Source: Octopus vulgaris (Eukaryota). Taken from it: DNA of 64,000 nucleotides. Position numbers and translations under genes: made by a program. Location: assembly GCA_951406725.2 (NCBI GenBank), contig OX597838.1, positions 41,106,001-41,170,000 of the forward strand, given 5' to 3'. The notes beneath the pieces were generated by a model. The model searched no databases, was not told the DNA's origin, and saw nothing but the letters and a program-made list of their open reading frames with translations. Below, one piece after another: positions 28,180 through 41,735 of the stretch (its first letter is position 1; every line of letters starts with the position of its first letter).

Positions 28180-28407
28180 TTAACCCTTTCATTACCAACC
28201 CGGCTGAAACTGGCTCTGGCTCTGAGCACAAATGTCTTATTTTCATAAATTTCGAAATAAAATCTTCCACCAAACCTTAGTCATAATTTATGTTCCTAAC
28301 ACTATCTGAATGTTAACTAAGTTATTTTACTAAGTTATTTGTTATATTTAAAGTAATTGAAAGAAACACAGAGCATCTCAACAGAAATACAGTAACGAAA
28401 GGGTTAA
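28180..28407. mobile_element. piggyBac-type MITE family F (reverse orientation)
   Basis: TTAACCCTTTC...GAAAGGGTTAA. Confidence 0.85.
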
Positions 28408-29707
28408 CTAACTGCCAAACCTTTGGTGTGTATTGACATTTTAGATGGTTAGTCATTGAGGCAAAACACACTGATACAAATTGCTTGCCTTTATTGTATG
28501 ATTGGTAGAAAGAATACCAAAGCAAAGCAGACTGTGGTCTTTTAACACTGTGTTGTGTTCCTGGTAATGGTGGGAAGAGCTTAAATGTAATCTCTTCCAG
28601 ATCCTTGTTGAAGCAGTAATGAACTCGCTTAGAAAGAAACAAAATACTAGAAATTAGTAACTGATCACCTTGTAACTTTTTAGTCAAGTTTGTTTGATTC
28701 ATTGTTAACGATGTTCCCCATAGCTGTTGTTACTGCTGTTTTTTGATAATAAAATAAAAAAAAATTTTTTTAACGGATCTTTGGGATGAAACAATCAAGA
28801 GATGAACCCAGCACTTCATCTGGTGAACGAGCAAGGCCTAGACTCATTACAGTCAAGGAAATTAATATTTACCCTGCAAATGAAGTTTACTCTTATGCAG
28901 ACAATGAGTGATTTGCACAGTAATGAGGAAAGTAGTGATTTGGGTAAACAGAGATAGGCCCACTCTTATTTTTATCTTGATGTAAAACTTTTTTTTTTTT
29001 TTGTCTATTAGTCTTCCTGCAACTAGCAAATGTATTATTGTTATTCCAAATTTTCTTGTGATTCTGTTCATTAGCTGGCCTGCAATCATTATGCTTGAGT
29101 GTATGCAACTATTTATGTTTTTGCTCAGGGGCCCAGATGGAGGGTCAACTTACACACAGGCCCAAGTCTGGTGGCTGATGTTAAAGTTCTCATGACAATT
29201 TCTACTGTAGCATCTGTGATAAATATGGTACCTTGATAGCATTGTCTATGTAAAAGCTAAATCTTGTGCATTGAGTTAAGGGTGCTGGGTGGGTAGGGTT
29301 AAGATCTATTGGTAATTGTTTCTATTGTCAGTCACAATTATCAGAAAGGGATCTGACCAAATAAATGTGTCTATGGTGGAAAATGGCATCACATGTAGCA
29401 AATGGTGCTAAGAGGGTAATCTTGATGTGCTGACATCTTGCTCAATTCAGAACCCCTACCTGTAATTCTTGGTTAATTCCTGGCTGCTCTTACTTTTGAA
29501 GTAATCAATCTCTGGGTGGCCAGAGCTCATGCATGTGTCTAATTTTGTTTGTCGATGCTGACATAATGATTCTTCTTGAGGAAGAACAGATGTATTGTGA
29601 TTGGCATGATGTATCACCCCCAGTGTCCCCTTCACCACTACAGGGAAGCACTTTCATCTCTACCTGGGGTTGTCTGCTATTGAAAGACATTGAAACAAAT
29701 AATTCAA

Positions 29708-30390
29708 GTGCCTTAATTTCCCTGGGATAATGTTGATTCAGCTTTGCTTACAGGGCATATTAGGTTTATGATCTGTGTAGATGGCAAACTACCTACTTCC
29801 AAGTCTCAAAAATGTTTTGCATTCCTTTCTTGACTAAATACATTCTCATTTCAGTAGGTTTTAGCTTTTGTGATAAAAATGCTAGATTCCTATATTACTG
29901 CAGCTCTCTAGCAAGGTATTACATTTTCAGGTGTCTTAATTTCCATGGATAATTGGTTTAGCTTTGCTTAACCCTTTCATTACTGCATTTATTTAGAGAT
30001 GCTCTGTGTTTCTTTCAATTACTTTAAATATAATGAAGAATTTAGTAAAATATCTTAGTTATCATTCAGCCAGTGTAAAGAACATAAATTTTGACTAAGG
30101 TTTGGTGAAAGATTTTAATTCAAAACTGATGAAAACAAGACATTTTGTACTCAGAGCCAGAGCCAGTTTCAGCCGGGTTGGTAACGAAAGGGTTAAAGGG
30201 CAAATATGTAGGGTTTATGGCCTGTGTGTGAGGCAAACTACCTACTTCCGAGTCTCAAAAATGTTTTGCTCTTATTTACATAGTGACTCTCAAATAAATA
30301 CATCCTCATTTCAATACGCTTCAGCTTTTGTCATAAAAATGCAACAGGTTCCTATGTTATTGCAGCACTCTAGCAAGGTATTAACATTGT
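29708..30390. repeat. Old tandem duplication of about 225 bp, second copy interrupted by MITE F
   Basis: GGCAAACTACCTACTTCCRAGTCTCAAAAATGTTTTGC and CTCTAGCAAGGTATTA occur in both copies. Confidence 0.8.
29968..30196. mobile_element. piggyBac-type MITE family F
   Basis: TTAA TSD and TIRs. Confidence 0.85.
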
Positions 30391-31032
30391 AAGTTCAGTG
30401 AAATCATTCTTTGATGCGATGGAAAACAGTCTTGCTCGCATTTGGCCCATGCAAAAGATTTGCACGAACACTTGAGATGCTTCCAAAATAGATCTGTATT
30501 TGAGATGAGAGTGAGTGGTTGGTGCTCCTCATTCAAGAAAGGCATGAAAGTTCATGAAACTTAGAAATTATTATGGTTGCCAAATGACAGTGAGAGTAGT
30601 GTGTGTCCTCCACCACTGTAGGGCTCACACACTCATACACAATGGAGAAATCCTTTGGGCTGTGTGTGGTATGTTGTCTTAAGAAAATCAAGGCTTTCAA
30701 CACTTGGCTGAGATATTGCATTGGTGACAACAACCTTCTCGACTGTATTATATGACCGGTATGGAGTGTGTTGATACTTGTATTGGTGTCTTGTTAGCAA
30801 CTAAAACTATGTTGATGGATATGTAGAGGAAAGATATCCATTGTCACTCAGTCTATAAACTGTTGAAAAATCATGTATTGTGGCATGTGGTGTAAATTCT
30901 GAACTTGCAGCTCTAGGTTGGGAATTAAGAGTTGGTTGCTTGTTAGCCATGTTGGCTATACTTCAACCCTTTAGCGTTCAAAATACTCTCGTCAAATGTA
31001 ATGCTTATATATTTACACTGTTCTAAATTTTG

Positions 31033-31381
31033 TGAAGGCACATGGCTCAGTGGTTAGAGCGTCGAGCTTACGATCGTGAGGTTGTGAGCTCGAATCCCGG
31101 ACCGGGCTGCGTGTTGTGTTCTTGAGCAAGACACTTTATTTCACGTTGCTCCAGTTCACTCAGCTGTAGAAATGAGTTGCAACATCACTGGTGCCAAGCT
31201 GTATCGGCCTTTGCCTTTTTCTCTTGGATAACACTGGTGGCGTGGAGAGGGGAGGCCGGTATGCATGGGCGACTGCTGGTCTTCCATAAACCACCTTGCC
31301 CAGACTTGTGACTAGGAGGGTAACTTTCTAGGTGCAATCCCATGGTCAGTGTCGTGACCGAGGGGGGTCCCGGATCCCGGA
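31033..31381 (+). mobile_element. tRNA-derived SINE family C (CORE/V-like body), inserted in a piggyBac-type MITE
   Basis: TGGCTCAGTGG A box and GCTCGAATCC B box. 11-bp TSD TCTAAATTTTG (31022, 31382). Confidence 0.85.
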
Positions 31382-31631
31382 TCTAAATTTTGCAATATCT
31401 AGCAGCTTTGTGACTTTGTGATTGTATATCTTTAGAATGACATTGTAGGGTAGGTTTGATAGGCTGGATCTGGTTAGTTTGAACATAAAACAGATACAAT
31501 ATTTTGGGCTGGATATGGCTGGCTGATATGCTAAATGGTTAAAGGCCTAAGACAACATTGCGATTAAATTGTATCAGGCTCACCAGTATTAATAAACCAT
31601 GATTGTTTTATCAATTGAAATTCAATACATA

Positions 31632-31778
31632 GGCACGGGCATGGTCATAAGGTAAGAAGCTTGCTTCCCAACCACTTTGTTCTGGGTTCAGTCCCAGTGT
31701 GGTACCTTGGGCAAGTCTTTTATATCTTTGGGCTGACCAAAACCTTGTGTGTGGATTTGGTAGATTTGAAAGAAGCTT

Positions 31779-31814
<36 letters not shown>

Positions 31815-32020
31815 TCTTTGTGTCTGTCCTCCCCATCATTGCTTGACAACTAGTGTTGGTGTGTTTACGTCTCCATAACTTAGTGTTTCGGCAAAAGAGA
31901 CTGGTAGAATAAGTACTAGGTTTCAAAAAAAGCAAGTCTTGGGGTTGATATGCTTGACTAAAACTCTTCATGGTGGTGCTCCAGCATGGCTGCAATCAAA
32001 TAACTTTGTGTAAAAGAATA
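31632..32020 (+). mobile_element. SINE family A, diverged
   Basis: Same collinear motifs with more substitutions. Confidence 0.75.
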
Positions 32021-32290
32021 TATAATTGATAAATTGAAATCCTCTTTACATGTTCTTGTTAATTAGCTGAGGGAAAAATCTCAGCAAAACAGTATTTACT
32101 ATACAATGTTAGACAGTAAAGTGTTTACAAGAACAGAAAAAACCCCCCTAATGTGTGGTCAGTTGTGCACAAAATTCTTAGCATGGTATGTAATTGTATG
32201 AAAGTGGTTAGGTGTGTATATAAACAGAACAAAAGCATAGACATATACAACAGTATTAAGTTAGATTGTAACATATTTATACTAATATAA

Positions 32291-32573
32291 CGTGACTGAC
32301 CAGACCATCAGATGTTGTTACACATCGCTGGTCACAATGCATTCGCATTGTTTTAGCCTTCGAATGACGCCACCCCACTGGCTAAGCGAGCCGGCCAACA
32401 GAAGAAAGAGTGGTGAAAGAGTACAGCAGGGATCACCACCCCCTGCCGGAGCCTTGTGGAGCTTTTAAGTGTTTTCGCTCAATAAACACACACAACGCCC
32501 TGTCTGGGAATCGAAACCACGATCCTGTGACCGCGAGTCCGCTGCCCTAACCACTAGGCCATTGCGCCTCCAC
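32291..32573 (-). mobile_element. tRNA-derived SINE family R (possibly octopus OR type)
   Basis: Head GTGGAGGCGCAATGGCCTAGTGGTTAGGGCAGCGGACTCGCG. Perfect 14-bp TSD TTATACTAATATAA (32277, 32574). Confidence 0.85.
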
Positions 32574-32751
32574 TTATACTAATATAATGGGAAGTAATTG
32601 CCACCACACCAAATCACAGCCTACTGATGAACACACACAACATTTTGTGTGTGGCTGATAATTATAGGAGAGTTCCAACTGTGGGAAATTTTTAATAGTT
32701 GCAATCTAAACAGGTAGACTCCAGGAGGAGGCAGAAAGCCAGTCCATAGTA

Positions 32752-32969
32752 TTAACCCTTTCATTACTGTATTTATTTAGAGATGCTCTGTGTTTCTTTC
32801 CATTACTTTAAATATAACAATTTAGTAAAATAACTTAGTTATCATTCAGACAGTGTTAGGAACATAAATTGCGACTAAGATTTGGTGGAAGATTTTAATT
32901 CAAAACTTATGAAAACAAGACATTTGTACCCAGAGCCAGTTTCAGCCGGGTTGGTAACGAAAGGGTTAA
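32752..32969. mobile_element. piggyBac-type MITE family F
   Basis: TTAA TSD and TIRs. Confidence 0.85.
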
Positions 32970-33331
32970 GACATAGTTTGGTAAGTAGAGGAGATATATA
33001 TAATATATGTGTGTATGTACATACATATGTATATGCATATATGGGTACAGGATGTCATAAAACGTAAACATGAAATACGAAAACTTGGAATACAAACTAT
33101 TTTTGTGAACGATGAAAGAAACATGGAAAACAAGACGAGTAGCAAAGAACGACCCTTCGTCATTTGTCGGCTGTTTATCTACTCCACCTTTGAAGCAATT
33201 ATGACAAGATGTGTCTTTGAGGGAATAGTTGCTCCTGCAAAGCAAAATTGGGATTTGCAGAGGGTCAAAGTTGGTAACAAGAACAGGACAGTGAAAACAA
33301 ACAGTAAGGGCTGCTAAGCCATAATGAGGTG

Positions 33332-33374
<43 letters not shown>

Positions 33375-33960
33375 TACACACACACACACACACAGGATCA
33401 TCCTTTTAACATCTACTTTTCCATGCATGCATGGGGTGGATGGAATTTGTCAAGGCAGATTTTTCTACATCCAGATGCCCTTGTTGCCAGCCCTCATCTG
33501 TTTCTAAGCAAGGTATTATTTCCGCATGGCCAAACATCTTTCCATGTAAGATTCTAAACATACTGCTTGTATAATGGTGATACTTGTTTACAGCTATCAC
33601 ACAATGTCAATGCAAGATGGCAGCAACACCCACGCACACCCTTTATCATTTAACGTCCCTTTTCAGTGCTAGTTTGGGTTGGACATGTATATAACGTTTT
33701 TTTTTTAGTTTCCATCTATCAAATTTGCTCATAAGGCTTTGGTGATATATCCTAAAACCAAGGTATCACTGTAAAAAGTGATGATGGTGCCATGTAAAAA
33801 GCACCCAGTACATTCTGTGGAGTGGTTTGTGTTAGGAAGGGCACAAAACCATAAGACAGTGCAACGGAGTCTGGCCCCTGGCCTTGCCAATTCCTGTCAA
33901 GCCAGCCAACCCATGTCAGTATTGGAAAATGGACTTCAAATGATGATGATGGTACATATT

Positions 33961-34156
33961 ACTCTTTTACTTGTTTCAGTCATTTGACTGCGGCCATGCT
34001 GGAGCACCACCTTTAGTCAAGCAAACCGACCCCGGGACTTATTCTTTGTAAGCCCAGTACTTATTCTATCGGTCTCTTTTGCCGAACCGCTAAGTGACGG
34101 GGACGTAAACACACCAGCATCGGTTGTCAAGCGATGTTGGGGGGACAGACACACAA

Positions 34157-34194
<38 letters not shown>

Positions 34195-34348
34195 GACAGG
34201 CTTCTTTCAGTTTCCGTCTACCAAATCCACTCACAAGGCATTGGTCGGCCCGGGGCTATAGCAGAAGACACTTGCCCAAGGTGCCACGCAGTGGGACTGA
34301 ACCCGGAACCATGTGGCTGTTTAGCAAGCTACTTACCACACAGCCACA
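33961..34348 (-). mobile_element. SINE family A
   Basis: Reverse complement of the family consensus. Confidence 0.85.
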
Positions 34349-35110
34349 TATATGTATGTTCGCTTGCGAGTTGATTTTTGGTTAACTGCCAAAAGTGTAA
34401 ATCTAACAAACATTAATCTTCCAAAAATAACATGCTTTTTTCCAACAAAAATGGTGTGCTTACAGTTTAATCCCTGTGAAAATGGTAACTCGTTAATTAA
34501 TGCTCTTTGGTTAGCACAAGTGATATGTTTATAAATGCAACAGAAGTTGCATGGCGGGATGGTTTAGAAGTTCACTTTGCAGTTTCTGTGGCTAGGTTCA
34601 ATCCGCTTGTATGTCATCTTGGAGCAAGTGACTTCTACCACTGCCATGGGTCAGCTCTGCTCGAATTTTCTGAGCAGAATTAGACTAAAACTGTAGAAGC
34701 CTGGTGTATGGATTGTACATGGTATTCAAAGCTATCATTGCATTGATCCTACTTGAGGATTATGTTACAGGAATGCAGCTCTGTGGAATACTCAGCCACT
34801 TTTATGCTAATTCAGTGAGCAGGTAATTCAGTTAATCAAACAGCTGAAGCCTTATTGTTGAGGCTAGAGATCCTATTTTCTTCATTCCTATTGTACTAAA
34901 AAATCTGTAGAGGGTAGAAGGTACATATACAATATTGTATATGTACTGTAAGACTTTTCAGCAGAGAATTGGGTAAAATTCAATCATTTTCTTTTCCTTT
35001 TTAAATATTGTAATTAGCTTAAGCATATAGGCATGTGCATGGTTGTGTAGTTAAGGAGTTTGCTTTGCAACCACATGGTTTCAGGTTCAGTCTCACTGCA
35101 CGGTATCTTA

Positions 35111-35304
35111 GGCGAGCTGGCAGAAACGTTAGCACGCCGGGCGAAATGCTTAGCGGTATTTCATCTGCGTTACGTTGTGAGTTCAAATTCCACCGAGGTC
35201 GACTTTGCCTTTCATCCTTTCGGGGTGATGTAATCGACTTAATACCTATGTCTGTCCTTGTTTGTCCCCTCTGTGTTTAGCCCCTTCTGGGTAATAAAGA
35301 AATA
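35111..35304 (+). mobile_element. SINE family B nested in an old family-A-like SINE (about 35030-35560)
   Basis: Direct repeat GGTATCTTAGGC at 35102-35113 and 35305-35316. Confidence 0.8.
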
Positions 35305-36175
35305 GGTATCTTAGGCAAGTGTCTACTACTATAGCTCCGGGTTGACCAATGACATGTGAGTAAATTTGGTACATGGAAACTGTGAGAGCCTCCCATTGTT
35401 TTATTGCGTTTCTTGGCTTTTTTACTAGTATTCTATCGGCAAAAGAAACTAATATATGTACCAGACTTAAAAAGGAAAATACTGAAGTCAGTTTGTTCAA
35501 AGAACTCTTCAAGACAATGCCCCAGTCTGGTCAGTTCTGAGACCGAAACTGTAAAAGATAAAAGTTCACTGCTGGTGAATAGCAATGAGTCTTGTCATTG
35601 TTGAAATATAGAATTTGCTGGTTCAGTCTGGACCATGGTATTAGTGGCAGGCAAAGGAATGTATGGTATGAAACTTAGTATTATTTGCTAGAGTTTTGTT
35701 CGGCAACAGGTTAAAGTTCAAATATTCAAGTTTGTCGGGCTACGTTTCCGTCCTTTGTGTCAAAGTCACATTGGATAATTTAGATCTAGATGCACTTTGC
35801 CTTAAAAAAGAAAAAAAAAAGGTGAAAATAAAAAGAGCCAGAAGAAAGTAACAAGAATGTTTAATTGTAGTTATTTGATCAGGCCTGACCTGTGGTTAAA
35901 TAACATTCTTCCACATGATGTCAGTTTGGACTGTGTTTTTGTGGTATTAGCACTGCTGTAGATAAGTTTGGTTGTGGAGTTTGTTCATTTTGTGTCCAGT
36001 AAGTCTTCATCTAGCCCAGTGGTTCCCAGAGTTAGTGGTACTGCCCCTCTGAAGATGGAGGAATATTTTTCAGCTGTAATTCCTTTCTGTCGCTAACTTT
36101 TGTTGAACTGCTAACAATTTCTGAGAAGTTAACAATTTCAAGCATTTCTTAAAGTTGAATTTTATTTAATTTCAG

Positions 36176-36249
36176 GAAAGACTTCTAGAGTTGAAAAAGG
36201 TTCCTGCTGCCAGGAGCAAGCCATTAGGTCTTTCGAAAGAATTTTACAC
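36176..36249 (+). CDS. EIF4ENIF1: 4E-T coding exon 2 (74 nt): ERLLELKKVPAARSKPLGLSKEFY+AC
   Basis: ttcag| acceptor, |gtaagt donor, phase 0 to 2. Resembles human EELLDIKELPHSKQRPSCLSEKYD. Confidence 0.88.
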
Positions 36250-37079
36250 GTAAGTGTCTTGAGTATTTAACCCTTTGTTGCCATATTTCTATTGAAATAT
36301 TTTGTTTCAGTTAATTTTGGAGAAAAAATGAATTTAGTGAGGTGTCTTTCTCACTATTAAGCTTGTGTTTGGAAGAATAATTACCATGAAATTTTGATGG
36401 GAACTTTTTAGATCACTTTAAACCTTTAACATTTAAAGTGGCCATGTCCAGTCAGAATAATATACATTTTATCTTCAAATTGGCCAGACCTGGCCTCTGA
36501 CACCTATCATGTCATTCTACAAAGTAATCATGTCATTGACATTTCAAAGCTACAAGGTAATGCACGATTAATTCAAATCAATGGGAATAAATAAGCATTG
36601 CCTTTGATAGAAAAATCTGAATGCTAAAGGGTTAAAACAGGAAGTTTATATCATGGTCCTAGACAGGTTGATATCAAAAGAATTAGTTCTTTCCAAAGGA
36701 ATATTCTAAAACCACTACTTATTTCAATTTGAGTTGGGCCCTTTTAAGTTTCTTTACAGGTTCTGGTGAATTTGTTTAAATAACCTGTTTAAATCTTGAG
36801 TTTTCACTTTTCTGCTTTGTATAAAAAAAAGAAATAAAAAACTTGATATCAATTTATACATTTATAAGTGGTATTTTTTTTTTTTTTATTATAAGGGCTC
36901 TCTTTTTGTTGATTGAAAATTCAAATTTTTCTTTTTACATTTATATTTCCAATGTGTAATAATTTCCAAATTCTGATTGTAATTATCATGGTTAATTAAA
37001 TTTTGTTTCCTAGTTCATTAAACAAATTTCTTAAATTTGTCATAACCATACATTCATCCATTTCCTCTACTCAATATTT

Positions 37080-37560
37080 TTGAGAGGGTTTCTGTGGGGC
37101 TGGTCCCCATATGCTTCCCCCATAGGTACTTCAATCTTGCGTACCTATCGTTTACTTTCCAGCTGGATTCATATGTATGACCAACTGAGATGATGGATAT
37201 TATTCAACCATTCTGTTCTTGGTCTACTCTGAGATCCTTGAAGCCAAACCATCTGGCAAGAGATCTGTTTTGCAATTCTTTCCTGTGACATTCTAATCAC
37301 ATGTCTATAGAACCAGAGCTGCAGCAGCTCAGCCTGGAGAGTTTCTCTGATCTCCAAGCTCTTTACCTTATCGAGTAACATTACAGCTAAGATCCTTCAG
37401 AAGACTTCCATCCTGGTCTCTTGTATTCGCAATCTTGTATCGATTGGTCCATTACCTAACATTCATGACCATAGGTGAAGGTGGACATGGAAGCCAAACT
37501 GAAGATAGCAATCTTGGCGATCTTATTTCTTCTGAGGATTGAATGCCTGGAACTGGTGCA
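37080..37560 (-). mobile_element. Old RTE-clade LINE remnant
   Basis: QLWFYRHVIRMSQERIAKQI...SRPRTEW resembles the RLRWxGHVxRM..GRPRxxW motif. Confidence 0.6.
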
Positions 37561-37602
37561 TTATTACAGCTAAATTAGAAGCTAGTCAACCTGATACATA
37601 TT

Positions 37603-37988
37603 GGGAAGCACTCCGTCGGTTACGACGACGAGGGTTCCGGTTGATCCGAATCAACGGAACAGCCTGCTCGTGAAATTAATGTGTAAGTGGCTGAGCACTC
37701 CACAGACACGTGTACCCTTAACGTAGTTCTCGGGGATATTCAGCGTAACACAGCGAGTGACAAGGCCGGCCCCTTTGAAATACAGGTACAACAGAAACGG
37801 GAAGTAAGAGTGAGAGAAAGTTGTGGCGAAAGAGTACAGCAGGGATCACCACCATCCCCTGCTGGAGCCTCGTGGAGCTTTAGGTGTTTTCGCTCAATAA
37901 ACACTCACAACGCTCGGTCTGGGAATCGAAACCGCTATCCTATGACCGCGAGTCCGCTGCCCTAGCCACTAGGCCATTGCGCCTCCAC
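37603..37988 (-). mobile_element. SINE family R head with a different 3' tail
   Basis: Same head as 32291. 11-bp TSD TGATACATATT (37592, 37989). Confidence 0.85.
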
Positions 37989-39868
37989 TGATACATATTA
38001 ACTAGTATACAAAAAAACCCCCCAAAAAACACAAGTAATTTTGAGAGTGAGGCATTCCATTGATATTTGTTTATTTTTAAAATTGTAGTTACTTGATCTA
38101 GAAGGGGAGCAGGTTCTCATGGCTTTTGTCAGGCTTCCTGGAGATAGTGAGATTGGTGCTGTTAAGGGCTCCCTTTTAACCTGTTGTAAGTTGATATAAG
38201 CAGGAAAGTTGTGGCAGTGAGATTCCAGCAAGTTGCTGTTCTGGGAAGATGGATGGGACTGAATTGTGGTCAGTGTAGTGGACTTGAGGGGGCTCAGCAA
38301 AAGGACACACACACAAAAAGAAAAATGGAGACGAGAAATGAGTGGGTCTCTGACTCGTACCAAAGAGCAGGCTGGATTGTTTTGTACCCTTTTTTCAGAC
38401 TGGTATGGATGATGTGGCTGATAACAAACATGAAGAAATAGAGGGAAGGTCGTTGGTGGAGATCTGGTCTGAATACCTTTAATAGAAATAGCAGCTGAAT
38501 CTCCCTCAGATCAGTTCTGCTGGCATCCTGGAAAAGGACACGTTTGATATGGCCCTTGGCAAAAGACAGGATAGTCATGGTTTGAATGCCCTTGATCATA
38601 GGCCTGCTTGATCAGGTCTCAGTCAGGGTTAAACAACCATCACCACTGCTAAGGCCACTTAAGCATGTGGTGGTGACGGTGGTGTTAACCCGGGGGTCAT
38701 GGAAGTGTAAATATGTGTAAAATGCTTGTGGGTATTGGAGGTTTATGTTGCAATATTTATGCTTATTGTAAAACCGTTGTATCTCTCTGAGACCCCACCC
38801 TCTCCATTATAAAATATGGGGTTAATTGGAATTTGTGAAACTTCTGTCGATTTCCCAAGGACATATTTAGCAACCTTTGTGAAACGTGGCCAGCCTATGC
38901 CAACTGATTTTAATTTGAATTGTAAATAATTTTATTATTGATAGTTGCTGCAAAGGCGGCAACAGCAGATTTCCCCCACTATCTTTGGTAATACCAGGCG
39001 AAGAAATGTATGTTGTTGATGTTAATGATGGTGATGATAATATTAATTTTGGCACAAGGCCAGCAGTTTTGAGGAGAGGGGGAGATCGTATCGATTTCAG
39101 GATTTGACTTCGTCGACCCCCCCACCTTCAAGCAGTGGTTCTCACCAGGGGGGGGGGGTGTTCATGTAAAATTTTGGTAAAATTTGTGTAATAGTTTGCT
39201 TATGCTTCCACAATACACACATTTAAAAAAAAAATCATGTAATTACAAAAATAATAGGATTTTTAAAGCATAGAAATGGCTTATGCGGGACCAGTAAAAT
39301 AAAATAGGAATCAGAAGGGTCCATAGGCAAAAAATCTACTGCTCTAAAGGATTGTAGGCACTGTCGTGTCACAAAATATTTGGGATGGGTGTTGGGGGTC
39401 TTCAGATTAGCTTAAATTTCTTGTAATTGTCTTATTCACACAGTAAAGCTTTTTTTTTTTTTTTTTTTTATCTAACTTCGTACGGTAATACTTGTTTTTG
39501 CTGTTAAATTATTTCTCATGCTTGGCATAATATTACAAGCTATGTCAACCTTTTTTTTTTTTTTTTCACTCAGCCGACCGTTTAATGAATAAAGGAATAT
39601 GATTCTGATGTAAAGTTAATTACTGTTTGTGTGTGTGTGTGTCTTGTTATTCTGTTAATGTCATAAGCACCACAAGCCTTGGCGTTCTTGTGTGGTGGTC
39701 GTGGTGGTGAGGATTGTATACGCAGGCATTTTATTTTAGGCAATGTACACTAAATTCTATAGTCTTTTCTAATTTTTAAAAGACTATATCACTCCACTCA
39801 CCACCAAGTTAATTACATCTAAAACATGTTTTAGTTCTAATTTACTAAGTCTCCCTCTGTGTGGGTGG

Positions 39869-39903
<35 letters not shown>

Positions 39904-39989
39904 CACATACATACACACATAACATGGTATACGTAATGCCAAACCGTTTGGATTTTGGTTTTTCTCACTTTGCCTGATTAGTCTCGAGC

Positions 39990-40896
39990 AAGAGGCTTCA
40001 CTTGATTTTATTTAAAAAAAAAAAAAAGGAAAACTCCTGCCTCACTCCTTTAAGGAACTTCCCCCCTCAAACGATTCCCTTCTATAATTTTGTTTTGTTT
40101 ACATCGCTGGGCGGCCATCTTGGTTGTCTCATTTCTTTCACTGCCGCCATCTTTCTTGCCTCGTTCTCGGTTTGGCCTTTAAATTTCCCAAATATTTTCT
40201 TTTTTTTTTTCTTCTCCTCTCGTCTTTTTTCGTTTTGACTTTCGCTTCTCTCCTCTTATCTCTAACTTCGATATATTTCTCCATTAAAAAAAAAAACAAA
40301 CAAAAAAAAAAAACTCGACATTTTTTATTTTATTCTCCAAACGAGTATCTCTCCCTCTTCTCTCCTTTTCCTTTTTTTTTATTCTTCCTGTTACAGTTAT
40401 CTTCCCTTACCCCTCCCCTACGTCTCTCCTTGTCTTTCCCATCCACTGTTCGAAAGTAGAAGCATTCATTCCGTTTGTAAACTTGATGCCTACTTAACTA
40501 AGCACTCATCTCTCATGTCTCCCCCTATTTACTATTAGTTTCCTCTCATTCATTACTTCTGTTCTAATTACTCGCTGCCTTCCCCCCCCTCCATCCATCC
40601 ACCCATCCTTCCTCTCTCTTTAATCTTACTGCACTATATATCTATATGTACTTTTACTCCACCTCTCTCTCCATCTCTTTCTTTTTCTTTGTCCCCCCCC
40701 CTCTTCTTTTAAATGGACATTCGTTTATTTTTGTTGCATAACACCTTTTTTTTTGCTCGCTTCGTAATGTTATCGTTGGCATCAATGTCCGTGTTTACAT
40801 TTCAAGAAATTAAATTGTCAACCGCCGCCTTCGCACCCACCCACCCTCCTCCTCCTTTAATGTTGCATCTCGCACCAGTCTTTGTTTAACCAATAC

Positions 40897-40932
<36 letters not shown>

Positions 40933-40980
40933 AACTGTCATTGTTGTGTAGCCCAAAGTCAGCTCTGATCGAGTAAGATT
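39990..40980. promoter_or_regulatory. Intronic promoter-like island with two YY1-type motifs (GCGGCCATCTTG about 40111; GCCGCCATCTTT about 40143)
   Basis: CpG retained, no transposons, pyrimidine-rich composition like the 7.8-8.5 kb region. Confidence 0.4.
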
Positions 40981-41735
40981 TATGGTCAGATGCACTCCAC
41001 TAGTGACCGTCTGGTCCTATATACTTACGCCTACAGTATCCAATGTGTCCGTCATTTTCTAAAGACGCCAGTGCATGACTTGTCGGAATTTGGCTACTGT
41101 TTATAGAAGGTCGACTGTTCAAATTGTATTCAGTTTCTCCGTATTGCTCGGCAGTTACTTATTGTAATTGATGTTTGTCTTATGAAACAAAGTACATTTC
41201 ACTAAGCATTGATTAACGTAAGATGTGGCTGCATCGAAGTGTATTATCTACGTCTTGTGACCTAGTTGTTTTTCATTTCACATCTTTAGTAATTTCCCTA
41301 GCTCCAGGTCAGTTTTCATATGCAAATGTAGGATCAAATCTTCCAGCAGATTTGATAATGGAGCGAACCCGCATTATCAGATGTTTTCCATTCTTTTCCT
41401 TGTCCAAACCATTTTTAATACGTTTGTCCTAAACGTCCACACTTATTTTCAAACTTGCAGTTAGCCCTTGCGTTCTGAATAGTGGAAAAGCTTTCCTTTC
41501 ATGAATCCCAAATTACTCTGGTGGTTGGATAAAAAATGTGTATCATACGATATGTGAACGCCAGAGAAATATGCCCTGTGTATCATGTGATACAAAACAG
41601 GTAAAGTGTGGAGTAACTTGAGTGAAATTCGTTTGCTACTTTGTAACAGGTCGAGAGACCACACAGTAACAAATCAAGAGACTCTACGTAGTTACAACCA
41701 GTTTTCCCTTAGCCTACCCTACAAACCTTTAAAGC

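Noticed and set aside
31033-31105. tRNA genes (also 32500-32573, 37915-37988 and SINE A heads)
   Set aside because: tRNA-like heads run directly into SINE bodies, several bounded by TSDs. No clean acceptor stem or terminator.
40083-40151. Nested antisense gene starting ATGGCGGCA on the minus strand
   Set aside because: The ORF ends after 22 codons, with no strong donor and no downstream exons identified. The motif is better read as a YY1 site.
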